This document shows positions 50,678 to 64,000 of a DNA stretch of 64,000 nucleotides, piece after piece. Both the position numbers and the translations under genes were made by a program. The DNA is from Raja brachyura. Lineage: Eukaryota. Position 1 is the first letter of the stretch. Each line of letters begins with the position of its first letter. The notes beneath the pieces are model-generated. The model worked only from the letters and a program-made list of their open reading frames with translations, was not told where the DNA came from and searched no databases. Where the stretch lies: NCBI GenBank assembly GCA_963514005.1, contig OY740792.1:37014001-37078000 (forward strand), read 5' to 3'.

Positions 50678-53600
50678 CCAGACCAGACCAAAAGATGCTG
50701 GTTTACCAAGACTACAGATGCTAGTTTATCTATTATGATAGGACTTTATTCCTTGTAGTGCATGAGGATGAGTGGTGAACTTATAATGGTGTGTAGGGTC
50801 ATGATGGGCTTGGATTGGTGAATGCACATTGTTTTACCCCAGGGAGGGGAATCAAGAACCAGGGACATAGGTTTGAGAGGAAAGATTTAATAGGAACTTG
50901 AATGGCAACTTTTTCCACACAGAGGTTGGAGGGTATACATGGAATAAGCATCCAGGGCAGGTAGTTGAGGTAGGTACTATAACAACATTAAAAATGCACT
51001 GGGACAGATACATGGATAGGAAAGATTAGAGGGGTTTTGCCCAAACTTCAGATGAGACATCTTTGTCAGCAATGACGAGTTGGGCTGAAGGGCCTGTCTT
51101 TGCGCTGTATGATTCCTCTGCCTGCATGTGATCTATATCGTTCTATTCCCTGCATATCATGTGCCTCTTAAATGCCACTATTGTAACTAAGCCAAGACAC
51201 TTTGTGTTTTATTGACCAAGTTAAACTAATCTCCTCTCTTCATGTCCCTGTGGTGGGCTGACTGGCCTGCTTCCATGATGTTAATCTTAATCAAAGCAAA
51301 ATCCTAACATAAATTTAAAGTGCCTTAAATCAGGCAAAAAATATATATAATTACCCACTGTCCCCTTGAGTTAGAGGAAGGAACAATAGCTCAATTTCCC
51401 AAGCGCCTGCTGCCTATCTGAAACAGTCTCAAAAAGGGTCCTGACCCAAAACATGGTCTTTCCATTCCCTTCGCAGGTGTTGCCCGAACTGCTGAGTTCC
51501 TCTAGCACTTTATGTTTTGCTGAAAGTAACATGTGCTTGTATTTAAATATTGGAGGATTGGCTTCAGCTGTAATATATTTGCTCATGGTTAGCTGTTGAA
51601 ATGGACAAATTATGGACACACATTAAGGAACTTGTCAGAAGAACTTGGTGACTGTGAGGACTCATGAACTTGGAACAGTACAGCACTGCAACAGGCATTT
51701 CAGCCCTTCATGTCCATGCCAAAGATTATGCCAAGTTAAACTAACCTCCTCTGTCTGCACATGATCCATATTCTTCCATTACATATCCATGTGCCTCTCT
51801 AAAAGCCTTTTAAATGCTGCTGTTGTATCTGTCTCTTCCCCATCCCTGGCATTGCGTTACAGGCTCTCACCACCATCTTTGTAAAATAACTTGCCCCGCA
51901 CATTTCCTTTAAATTTTGTCTTTTCAACCTAAAGCAATACCTGCTTGCTTCCTTGGATTGTAATGGCCTCAGTGGCTCATAGAACTCAGCACATGCTATG
52001 GTAATGAAGGATCAACCTGTCTTTCAGGTGGATCCTGCTTCACTTTGATGTGCAACACCAGAGAGGATTATCATGTTTTTGTTTAGTGTTAGTACTTTGT
52101 TTGGAAAATATGAATGTGGTATTTTCTGGCAGTTGTGTGAGAACTTGCAATGGATAATCTAGCCCCATCTAACAACAAATGCCTCTGTCTGGAAATAGTG
52201 AACAGAGGTTTTATTGTAGGGCTTGTTTGTTCTCTGTTTACTTTGTTTCATTATTTTGGAAAACTAATACTTGTTAATATATAAAAACAGCACTGTAGAA
52301 GCAGCAGCCTTTTAGCAGTCAGTCGGCACATATGCACAGGCCGACTTTAGAGAGTCATTGTCCACTTATTTATTTATTTTGTGCTTTATTCGCCATTGGT
52401 TTCCAACTCTAAATATGGTGTTTACAGATTTAAGTACATTTTTCTGGCATGCAATTGTAAAACTCAGCTTCTCTGATATTTCCCTTTGAATAGTGTTTTC
52501 ATTTTCTATATATGTTTATAGTTTGCTTGCAACTATTATTGAATCATTTTCCATTCCTTCCGGGTATTTTAAATCTCTACAACTTTGAGTTTTAACAAAA
52601 AATCTTGTTGTCTTTTTGTTTGTCAATTGCTGCCAACAAATTGAAATGTTCCCTCATTACTCTATGGAAAATATGCATAATATGAATGAATGAAAGTTTA
52701 TTGGCCAAGTATTCACATACAAGGAATTTGCCTTGGTGCTCCCCCCACAAGTGACAACATGACATACAGTGACAGTTAGGAATGACACATAAAACATTAA
52801 ACATAAGTAATAAAACATTATTGGTTAAACATGTGACATGTTTAACACCACTTTAAACTTCAAAGCAAAAATAGAAAATATTGGAAATAATAGGCGAGCC
52901 AGCATCTGTGGGGAAAGATTGTCTATGTTACTTGGAACAGTTTACTCCTGTTGCTAGCAAGAATCTTTTCACACAAAATCCAGGCAACTTTATCATTTCC
53001 TTTATACTTGTAAGTGGGACATACTGACTTGGGTATAATTGGATGTGCAAATTGGAATTCTTCCTCGTACTTTGGATATTTACCAGTGCTAGACTGAGAG
53101 TGAACTCGGCAATCAATCTGATCAATTTCTGGACTGGCATTTAGTTTAATCTCGCAGTTGCCTCGCTTTGTTAAGAATATTAAATTAATTTTTGTTCATT
53201 TGGGTTGTTGACCTTTCTGCTTGTGGCGATTGTTTTATTTTGATATTGGAAGACTTGTATAACTGCTTTGGAAATAAGGTGCAAGAGCAACGTGGAGTTC
53301 ATCATAATTGTACTATCATGCAGTAAGATGAGTAAATAGATGCGAGAAAGAAAGTAAAATTCAGAAGGGCATTTTGTTGATTTTTTGTTTACAAAACGAC
53401 AAAATTGATAGGTTGATGTGATCTGAGCAATTTTGACCATAACACATAAGAGCAGATTCAGGCTATTTAGCCCATCAAGTCTACTCTGCCATTCACTCAT
53501 GGCCGATCTATCTTTCCCCCTCAACCCATTCTCCTGCCTTCTCCTCATAACCCTCGACGGCCTGACTAATCAAGAACCTATCAATCTTCACTTTAATGTC

Positions 53601-54179
53601 TAGGCCTCCACAGCTGTCTGTCTGGCAATTAATTTGTGGCCATATAACTTAGGACACAATGATTTTTTGTTATGGCTTGACCACTATGGCAGATGATCCT
53701 GTTTGACAGGATCATATCACTTTTTGGCTGGAGCAGAATTTCGTATGATGCATGGATTCTATTTATATTTATGTTGTAAACATAAGATATGCACTCGATC
53801 CTTTTTCATTTCCAGTGGGCTAAGCATTGCCATTCATGTCAAAGAATTTCAAGGAGCTTTGTATTCATAATGTTTGAGTGAAATGGGAAGAATCCATTTG
53901 GCCCGCCGAGTCTGTGCCAGCTGACAGATCAATCCCAATAATTTTCTGTAGATCCGCCTGAATGTCCGGAGGTATGTAAGAGGAAACTGGAGCACTAGAG
54001 AAAACCCCTCAGTGAAAGAAGCTGCCAATTCGACACATGACCATACCTGCAAAATAACTAGTTTTTTTTTGTGAATCATCCAGACATTCAGATTGATTAG
54101 TAGGACTGGATGTTACAATCCCTAAAATTGACATACTTGGGGATGACCACTAGGTGATTTTGCTACCAATCAGACACAT

Positions 54180-54830
54180 CTGAAGTTGTGTACCTCAACG
54201 TCTTTTATCACAAGACACCCTCAGTCGAGGCTGGCCCACCGTAGGGTGATCAGACCTGGGTGTGTGTCTTATGGTTAGCCTCTATGGTCACGTGGCAGCC
54301 CAGACAGCATATTTTCTCTTCAGCCACAGCCAGTGACTGCTCCTGCCCTCTGACTCCTACTTCCCTCAGGAGCCTTGTGGTGGAACTGGCTACAAAGCCC
54401 CTGCACCCCACCTCCACTGGACACACCCTTACACTCCAACCTCTCTCCTCTGCCTCTGCTGCAAGGTTTGAATATCAAAGCTTTTTTTCTTTCATAAGCC
54501 TTGTCCACAGCCTCCTCCCAGGTCAGCTCAATGATGAAAACATGCCAACAGAAGTTGGACCAGAGAACGAGGTCTGGTGGCAGGTTGGTAGCTGCGATTT
54601 CAACTGGGAACGAAAGCCTCTGGCCCAGGTCAACACGCATTTCCCAGTCCCTGGCTGCATTCAGTGGGCATGAGTTGAGAGGCGAGGGGTTAGTCCTCCG
54701 TTTCTCTCCTTCCCGGATGAAGGATGGTATTTACGGGAATGTTATCTGGGCATTGATAGGCATGGTGTTGGTGGTAACTTTCTTGCACTCGTGTTCAGCT
54801 GCCAAACATCTCAGCACCAGATCCTTGTGC
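54180..54830 (-). mobile_element. HERO-clade non-LTR retrotransposon 3' fragment (restriction-like endonuclease)
   Basis: FPVEIAATNLPPDLVLWS..IIELT-WEE...YERKK, and in another frame GWSVRVCPVEVGCRGF. Confidence 0.75.
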
Positions 54831-55448
54831 ATCTTGCAACTCTGCAATCTCTCATTATTTAGAAAATATACTTTTTATTTTTCCTCCAGAATTGACAATT
54901 TCACAACTCTCCCCACATTATACATCATCATGTACTATATCTTTGTCCACTCACTTCACCTATCTACAGCCCTCTAACCTATTCACAATGATTTCATCAA
55001 CAAATTTCAAATAATGACCACCTTACTTTAAGGGATCTAAAAATGTTTGCAATTAAAATAAACAGCGTTTTTATCCAAATATTTAATCTCGGATAATTAA
55101 CTAATTTTTAATAGAGAGTATTTGGTTGCTATCTTTTTAGATGCCTTTACTATACTAAAAGGTAGGATCCTTTATTAAAATCTCACAATTTCCCCGCTCT
55201 TTTAAATTTAATCTTTAGGTATGGAGTTGTTTCTACACTTTATGCACCTTCTCCTCTTTGAGCCATCAGCTTCATGTTCATAAGTGATAGGAGTAGAATT
55301 GGGCCATTTAGCCCATCAAGTCTACCCTACCATTTAATCATGGCCGATCTAATTCTCCCCTCAACCCCATTCTACTGCCTTCTCTCCATAACCCCTGATA
55401 CTCGTAATAATCCAGAATCTATCTATCTCTGCCTTAAAAATATCAATT

Positions 55449-58400
55449 TTTGGGGAGTCGAGACGGCGAGTAAGCAAAATTGTTTTATTTTGAAAACGAA
55501 AACAACGAAATTAATCAAATCGCTAGAGACAGCCAAATACACGATGTTGATTCCACACGTGTGGCGCTAGAAGTAATCAATGCAGTAGAAATTCCGCGAA
55601 AACAAACACCCACGCTCATGTGGCTTCTCCAGCCAATCCCCAAGGTTCGATTACCCAGGGCCACCGCCAGGTGTCGCTATAGGACCCCCCCCCCCCCCCC
55701 CCCCCCCCCGGATCCCGAGGTACGGAACCGAGCAGGGGGCTGGATACGGCGACCGGAACATGTAATAACTGGAGATGGGTCGGGCGTAACTGAGGGGACT
55801 GGCTGAACAAAGCCAGGGGACCGCAACAGGGCGGGAGGAACAGGATGAACCAGATGGGGGGGGAAACAGGCACAACAGGTGCCGCTGGATCGGCTGGCGG
55901 ACAACCTCTACACCAAGACTGCGCTACCACTACCAGGCTGTCGACGTCCACATGAGCAGGCTTGAGCCAGGCGGTGGAGACAATCTCCTCCTGGCCCCCC
56001 ACGTCTAAGGTGAAAGTTGCGACGCCAGAGCGCAACACCCAGAACAGCCCCTCGTAGACGGGTTGCAGCGGGGACCGGTGCGCATCCCTGCGGACAAAAA
56101 CAAACAAACAGTTCTGCAGGACCGACGGCATGTGTACAGTGATCATCCCATGTCATGAGGTGGACACCGGAGCCAGGCCGCTCACCTGCTCCCGGAGAGT
56201 CTCCAACACCGACGGGGCAGAGTCCGACTGCCCCCCCGAGCTGCAGGGAGAAAATCTGCGGGCACCCGCAAAGCTGAACCGTACACCAACTCGGCAGACG
56301 ATGTGTCTAAGTCCGCTTTGGGGGCCGTGCGGATGCCCAGTAACGCCCAAGGCAACTGGTTGACCCAGTCTGGACCCGTGAATCGAACCTTCAGCACTGA
56401 TTTAAGATGGCGGTGGAAGCGCTCGACGAGCCCGTTGGCTTGGGGGTGATAGGTGGTGGTGTGGCAACGGGCCCACCAAGTCGGTAACAGGCCCAACAAG
56501 TCGACGTGGATGTGCAGAAACCGGGCCGAAGGGACAGCAAAGTTCTGTACCGGAGGCCGTACGTGCCGCTGTAATTTGGAAGATTGGCATGGGAGGCAGG
56601 AACGAGCCCAGGCCGCAACCTGCTTGCGGAGGCCATGCAAGACAGATTTGTCCGCCACCAGCGCGGGAACGATGGGACGAGGTCGACCAGTGGAGATGTC
56701 GCAGAGTGCTACCATGCCCAAGGGCCCGCACATGACGTCGGCCAACTGCAAACTGCAGCCAGCTCCACACCGTGGTCCACGGCCGCCACAGCTGGGAGGG
56801 CAGGACGGGACAGGGCGTCAGCAACCGTGTTGCACTTGCCCGCCACATGCTGCAAGTCCGTGGTAATCAGAGGCTTATGGTCGGTGAAAGCGGTGAAAGG
56901 GCGGCCCTCCAGGAAGTATCGGAAATGCCGAATGGCCAGGCATAGGGCTAGGAGCTCCCTGTCAAAAGCGCTAAAGTTGCGTTCAGGGGCCCGCAGCTGA
57001 CGGCTGAAAAAGGTCAGCGGGTGGACCAACATGGTGGCACTCGCCTGGGCCGCTTTGGCGCCCTCAAACGGAGCATCCGCCTCAGTGGACCATTCGAGCT
57101 CCTGCCGGCTTGCCTGCGAGGCACTGGCAGAGGGGGCGCATGATTTGGCACGCTGCCGGCACGAAGCGGTGGTAAACGTTTACCATGCCGACAAATTCCT
57201 GCAACCCTTTCACCGTGCGCGGCCGGGGAAACTGCCGAAAGGCCTCCACCTTCGAGGGTAAAGGGGCTGCACCCTGCGATGTTACGCTGTGCCCCAGGAT
57301 GAAATGGAGTGGAGGCCGAATTGGCATTTGGATGGGTTGATGATGAGGCCGTGGTCCTGGTACTGCTGGAACAGAGTCCGCAGGTGCTCGAGGTGCTCAT
57401 GCTGGGAGCGGCTCGCGACCAGGATGTTGTCGAGGTAAATGTAGACAAAATGCAAACCCCTACCAACCATGTCCATGAGCCTTTGGAACGCCTGTGCAGT
57501 GTTTTTTAACCCGAAAGGCATACAAAGCCATTCAAACAATCTGAACGGGATGATAGTTGCGGCCTTGGGTACGTCGTCTGGGTGTACGGGGATTTAGTTA
57601 TAACCAGGTCGACTTTGCGGGAAAAAAGTTAGCGCCCTCTAGATAGGCGGAAAAGTCCTGTATGTGAGGCACGCAGTTGTAATGGCGTTCAGACGCCTAT
57701 AGGCCCACATGGTCTTCACCCCCCAGATACCTTGGGGACCATGTGTAGCGGGGATACCCATGGGCTGTCCGAATGCCGCACATTGCCCATGTCTTCCATG
57801 AGCTGGAACAATCCTGGGCGATGCGCAACTTGTCTGGTGGAAGTCGGCGCGCTCGTGCATGCACAGGAGGTCCCGTGGTGGGGATATGATGCACGACCCC
57901 GTGCTTGGGGGCCGCCGTGTGGAAATGGGGGGTGAGAAGCTCCGGGAACTCGGCGAGGAGGGAGGCATAGGGGCCTTTAACCTTGGCAATCATGCTGAGG
58001 TGCGGGCTGGGTCGAGGTCCGCTTACGGAATCATGCGCTCGCCCTGCACATCGACCAGGAGGGAGAAAGCCCGGAGGAGCGGTTGTGCAATGTCAGCGAT
58101 GATGAACGTCCCTGCATACGGGCGGAAGTCAAAGGACAGGGAGAGGGTCCACGTGCCGTAGGTTTGGATTGTACTACGGTTGACGGCCATGAGCACAGGG
58201 CCTCGCTTACCAGCACGAGTGTCCCGCCTAGTCAGGGGAAGGATGCTCACGATGGCCCTCGAGTCGACGTGAAAATGTAGCCCAGAGCAGCGGTCACGCA
58301 CGTAGAGGCGGTTGTTCGTGCCGATCGCCTCTACTGACGATCGGCCGAGGCAGTTCCTGAAAACGAGCAGTGTTGTCGGCATCGGCAGGCCTCAGCGCCG

Positions 58401-59303
58401 CAGCGGAGATGGTAAAAGCACCATTGGCGCTTAATATGGTCTCCAGCGCGTGGTTGCAGAGGTAGTGGTGGGCGGGGCGTCTCCGCGGTCCCGTTGAGGC
58501 GATTGCCGAGCGGGCGCGGAGACCCGGTTGATGGCTCCGCCATCCTGTTGTATCCCGAGCCAAAGCTCGTCGGCTCGTTCAGCGAGCTGCATGGGTTCGG
58601 TGAAATCGGACCCGGCGAGCATCAGGCGGATGTCATCCAGCATCTGCTCCAGGAACGCTTGTTCGACCAGGAGGCACAGGTGGTGGCCATTCATTAAAGT
58701 GAGCATCTCGCTCATGAGGGTGGACGGCTTGCGGTCGCCCAGATCGTCCATGTGCAGGATGGAGGCGCGGTCTCGGCGGCTGAGCCTGAATGTATGTAGG
58801 ATGAGGGCTTTGAGGCCATCGTACTTCGCGAGTGCCGGTGGGTCTTGCAAGAACGGCAGGAAATGCGAGGCCGTCTCCTGAGTGAGAGCCCCGATGACGT
58901 GGAAATATTTGGTGTCGTCGACGACAATGTTCCGCAGATGGAACTGTGCTGCGACGTGGGCTCGGCCCAGAACCCAGGCAGCTTGAGGCCGATGGTATTT
59001 TGCTGGGCATCGGGGATGGCAGCGGCTTGCATGTTGTACGTCCAATATTCGGTTGGACGCGTCGGGGTCACCAGTTTGGCGAGTTGAGATGGTGAGTAAG
59101 CAAAATTGTTTTATTTTGAAAACGAAAACAACGAAATTACTTAAATCACTAGAGACAGCCAAATACAGGATGTTGATTCCACACATGTGCCGCAAGAATC
59201 ATTGCAGTAGAAAACCTGCAAAAACAAACACCCTCGCTCATGTGGCTTCTCCAGCCAATCCCGAGGGTTCGATTACCCAGGGCCACCACCAGGTGTTGCT
59301 ACA
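55449..59303 (-). mobile_element. Decayed full-length Ty3/Gypsy LTR retrotransposon, CsRn1/Kabuki-like
   Basis: LTRs at 59075-59303 and 55449-55681; AATT TSD at 55445-48 and 59304-07; PBS at 59060-59073; poly-G PPT at ~55685-55708. Frameshifted gag, PR, RT (MPFGLKN..YLDN), RH (FSAFDRELLA..FTDHKPL) and IN (YHPQANGLVERFHR). Confidence 0.93.
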
Positions 59304-60105
59304 AATTGACTTCCTCACAGTACACATCTCTTGCTGTAGCACTCTTCTCCAGGTGGTGCTGTTTTCTTTTCTTTTTATTTGCACAACGAATGCGAGTGTC
59401 AGTAAGATTTGCCGTTTTGTTTTTAAGCTTTGTTTTTAAGTCCTTGGGAAGGTTTTGATGAGCTGCCACCTCGAAGCACAGCAGTCCATAAAGTGCAGTT
59501 ACCTCTTTGGTCTTGTTAGATACAGTGCTCAGCGTTTTGATCTAGCAGCGAAGAATGATTGGTGTTGCATTTCCAAGTTGGTAAGTGTGTGATTTGGAGG
59601 TGATGATGTTTCGATGTGCCAACTGCCTCTGCTCTTTCAGTTCCTATGTTTGGGAAGAACTAACTATCAGAGACACCTTGGCGTGTTGCCAGACTGCATT
59701 TTGCAAGTGATACGCTGATGAAGGGAGGGAATGTTAAATGTGATGTATGATGTGCCCTGGATAATGTTGAGCTTCTCGAGTGTCATTGGAGCTGCACTCA
59801 TCCAGGCAAGTATTCCATCGTACTTCTCATCTGCCTTTTAAATAGCAGAAAAGTTTTAGAGAGATGAGTCATTCCCCGCAGAATACTCAGCTACTGCCCT
59901 GCCTTTGTAACCAGAGTATTTATGTGACTAGTTCATTTAAGCATTCTTGTAAATGTTAAACCCAGGATGTTGATGGGTATGAATCCGAGACCTGAATGCT
60001 CTTAAATGTCCTTGGGAGATACTCTCCAGCATCTGTTGAGATTTGTCTTTAGATTAGTTAACTTTTTTATTGTCACGTATACCAAGGTACAGTGTAAAAA
60101 GCTTT

Positions 60106-61378
60106 TGATTATGGCGCATATCAACTCCTACCTCGACAAGAACCTCGACCCACTGCAGTTCGCTTACCGCCACACCAGGTCAACGGTGGATGCGATCTCA
60201 CTGGCTCTCCATTCCGCTCTGGACCTCTTGGACAACAAAAACTCATATGTCAGGCTGTTATTCATAGACTACAGCTCTGTGTTTAATACCATCATCCCCT
60301 CCAAGCTGGTTACCAAGCTCTCAGATCTCTGCGCATCCATCTGCAATTGTATTCTCGACTTCTTCATCCACAGACCACAGTCTGTCCGTAATGGTGGAAA
60401 TATGTCATCCTCGTTAACAATCCGCACGGGAGCACCTCAAGGCTGCATGCTCAGTCTATACTCATGACCGTAGACGAACATAGTCTGAACTCCATCATCA
60501 AGTTCGCTGACGACATCACGGGAAGAATCACGGATGGCGATGAGTCAGGGTATAGAAGTGAGATCGACTGATTGACCAAATGGTGCCAGCAAAACAACCT
60601 TGCTCTCAACATCAGCCAAACCAAGGAACTGATTGTGGGTTTTGGAAGGGGTAGGATAGGGACCCACAATCCCGTTTATATCAATGGGACGATGGTGGAA
60701 AGGGTCAAGAACTTCAAATTTCTGGGCGTGCATATTTCCGAAGATCTTCCCTGGTCCCAGCACACTGATGCAACCATAATGAAGGCACATTAGCGCCTCG
60801 ACTTCCTGAGAAGATTACGGAAAGTCGGTATGTCAAGGAGGACTCTCTCGAACTTCTACAGGTGCACAGTAGAGAGCATATTGACTGGTTGCATCGTGGC
60901 TTGGTTTGGTAACTTGAACGTCCAGGAGCGGAAAAGATTGCAGAAAGTTGTGACCACTGCCCAGTCATCGGCTCTGACTTCCCCACCATCGAAGGGGTCT
61001 ATCGCAGTTGCTGCCTCAAAAAGGCTGCCAACATCATCAAAGACCCACACCATCCTGGCCACACACTCCTCTCTTTGTTGCCATCGGGACAAAGGTACAG
61101 GAACTTGAAATCTAGAACATCCAGGTTCAGGAACAGATTCTTCCCCACAGCCATTAGGCTATTAAATTCGCCATCAAACAAAATCTGAATAATTACAGCC
61201 TATTGCACTTTATCTGTTTATTTATTGTGTATATATATGGTCTATGGTACATAGACACACTGAACTTTTATCTCCTGTTCTGTATTATGTTTACATATTC
61301 TGATGTGCTGCAGCAAGCAAGAATGTCACTGTCCTATCTGGGACACATGACAATAACACTCTCGTGACTCTTGACTCT
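60106..61378 (+). mobile_element. Rex1/Babar-like LINE, 5'-truncated
   Basis: LDPLQFAYR, VRLLFIDYSS, GAPQGCML, KFADD and TKELIV motifs; degenerate. Confidence 0.85.
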
Positions 61379-64000
61379 TTTATGTGGAGTTCTATCAAGT
61401 AGCAAAAACACCCAACATGATTAAAATCAAGCCTTCCACAGTGTACACGGACCAGGTTAAGGGAATAACGTTTAGTGCAAGGTCAAGTATGATAAAAGAC
61501 ATTCCAAGGGCCTCCAATGAGGTAGATAGTAGGTCAGAACCGTTCTCTAGTTGTTGATAGCTTAGAGTTTGAAAATTGGAGTTTCTGAACTGACTGAAGA
61601 TTTCAGTAGATCGTTAACAAGAATAAGTTGCAAAACTCCTTTCACTCTTTCTCCTCTCCTTTTGCTGTAAAAACCTAATTTCTCTGCTGAACTCAACAGA
61701 GGGCAGGGTATGTCCTAACTGCATGAAGCTGTTCCTGTTTAGAGCATTTTCTACGAACAAAACACTTCAAGATTGTATACAAAATTATGAGAGGCATAGA
61801 TAGGGTAGACAATCACAATCTTTTTCCCAGGATGGAAAATTCAAATACTGAAGGTGAGAGGGGCAAAGTTTAAAGGAGATGTGAGGAGCAATTTTTAAAA
61901 AATGTACACAGAGGGTGGTGAGTGCTTGGAAGGCGCTGGTGCCAGGTGTGATGGTTGAAGCAGATTCATTAATGGCATTTGGAAGACTTTTGGTTAACCG
62001 TATAGATATGCAGGGAATGGAGAGATTAAGGGTATGTGCAGGTGGATAGGTGATGGTCTTGATATCATTTTGGCATGTTGTACTTGAATAGTATACTAGA
62101 GAATCGAACAAATGTATTAGCTTTAATGGCAGCCAGATTTTTTCTCTGTGGAGAAAAAATGCTTGCTGGATAGAAATAACTTAGAAAGGATTTCTTAAAA
62201 TTGAAGAACTATTTGATGAGTTAATCTACAAATTAGAAAAAAATCTCTTGTCAGTGAGCAAATAAGCATCAACATAATTGGCGGCGCAGTGGCACAGCGG
62301 TGGAGTTGCTGCCTTACTATGCCAGAGACCCAGGTTTGACCCTGACTATGTGTGCTGCCTGTATGGAGTTTGTACGTTCTCCCTGTGGTCGGGTGGGTTT
62401 CCCTCAGGTGCTGCACTTTCCTCCCACATCGCAAAGACGTGCATGTTTGTAGGTTAATTGGTGTTGTAAATTCTCCCTAGTGTGTAGGATAGAACCAGTG
62501 TAAGGGTGATTGTTGGTTGGAATAGTCTTGATGGGCCAAAGGGCCTGTTTCCCCAAAGTATCTCTATACCACGAATCACTCAGAGTGGTGGGTATATGGA
62601 ACAAGCTGCCAGAGGAGGTAGTTGAGGCAGGTACTATAATAACATTTAAAAGACACTTGGAAACCAGGGACGTTTCGGGTCATTTCTTCAGTTTGAAGAA
62701 GGGTCTCGACCCAAAATGTTGCCCATTCCTTCTCTCCAGAGATGCTGCCTGTCCCACTGAGTTGCTCCAGCATTTTGTGTCTACCTTCGATTTAAACCAG
62801 CATCTGCTGTTCTTTCCTGCACATAGGGTTTAGAGGGATATGGCCCAAATGCTGGCAAATGGGACTAGCTTATATGGGGCATCTTGGTTAACATGGACCA
62901 GTTGGGCCGAAGGGGTTGTTTCTGTGATATGATTCTGACTCTCTGACTCAATAATTATCTAGTTTCCAAAATAACTTGACAGTATTTTGGTATATTTCAC
63001 AGTGAAGGCCATAATTTATGTCACTGGATGGCAGCATTTACTCATTTTATTGGTAACGCAATTCCTCTCTCACTTTGCTAGACATCTTCTGTTTCCCTGA
63101 AGGTCATTTGAAAATGGTTGATTGCTAAAAAGTGCAGTATTTTTGATCGCTTGATGTTATGAGACTGGAATGAAAATATATAAAATTGAAAGTAGAGGCT
63201 GGTTTTGTAGAAAGCACTTTAACACAATTTATAGGTATTAAACTTTCTCCTTTGAGTAGTAAAAGGCAGTATGTGTTTTTATATTGAGATTTTATGACAT
63301 ATTGCAACATTGGAAGGGCTCTGCAATATAATTTAAGCCAAGATTTACTATCAAGTTTGTACAAAAGTGGAAAATTATTTGTGAACTACAATCTGGGTGT
63401 GAATTTCTTATTATTATTTCCTTTCTTGGATCTCCACGTTGCTTATACTTGGAGGCACTGGAGCCAGAACAGTGATATCCAAATGTGCATAACACATGCC
63501 TTTTATTATCACTTACAGTGTTCCATGTGTTGTCTGAAGACAGAGATGGCCACTTGTGCATAAACTGGCCTGCAGCACATGTTAGACTTGCTCTTCCCAA
63601 TTAAGGTATACTTGCTTGAGTCAATCTCAGATCAGAGAATATGACATTTGCTTTTGGTAGTTCTGCTTTAAATCAGAGACATACCTTTACGATGTTTCTT
63701 GCATTTGCTTTCCCGCAACACCTTCCCCGTAAATCTGGTGATTGGTTAGCTGCAATGGTGGATTTCCACACTAAAGGACTTTTGGTCATATTAATTGTGA
63801 ATGGTGCAAGAAATTGCAGTGGCTGATTGCCAAAAGATCATAGAGTTGTAGATTGCGAAAATGGTTGTCAAAAATAGCAGCAAAATCTTGATCGGTTGGA
63901 CAGGTGGTCTGAGGCATGGTTAGTGGAGTTTAACATTGAGAAGAGCGAGGTGTTGCATTTGAGAACTCAAACCAGGGTAGGACATGTACAGTGAATTGCA

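Overview
Eukaryotic (vertebrate) DNA, very probably from a cartilaginous fish such as a skate or ray, judged from HE1/V-SINE-type, CR1/HER1-type and Penelope repeats. I reconstructed these genes by hand from GT-AG sites. CASQ2-like calsequestrin: first coding exon, minus strand, continuing off the left edge. CCDC181: complete, plus strand, 5 coding exons, about 530 aa. BLZF1/golgin-45: complete, minus strand, 6 coding exons, 400 aa. NME7: a probable ATG-only exon 1 sharing a bidirectional CpG promoter with BLZF1. The rest is dense repeat: V-SINEs, CR1, Rex1/Babar, HERO, Penelope (GIY-YIG) fragments, non-autonomous Helitrons, foldback MITEs, and a decayed full-length CsRn1-clade Gypsy element with LTRs, tRNA-Trp PBS, PPT and TSD. 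The most unusual signal is a window-wide family of Penelope-terminus units carrying minimal hammerhead-ribozyme cores, often as head-to-head palindromes. Gene names come from recalled homology, not a database search. Repeat boundaries are approximate unless stated.
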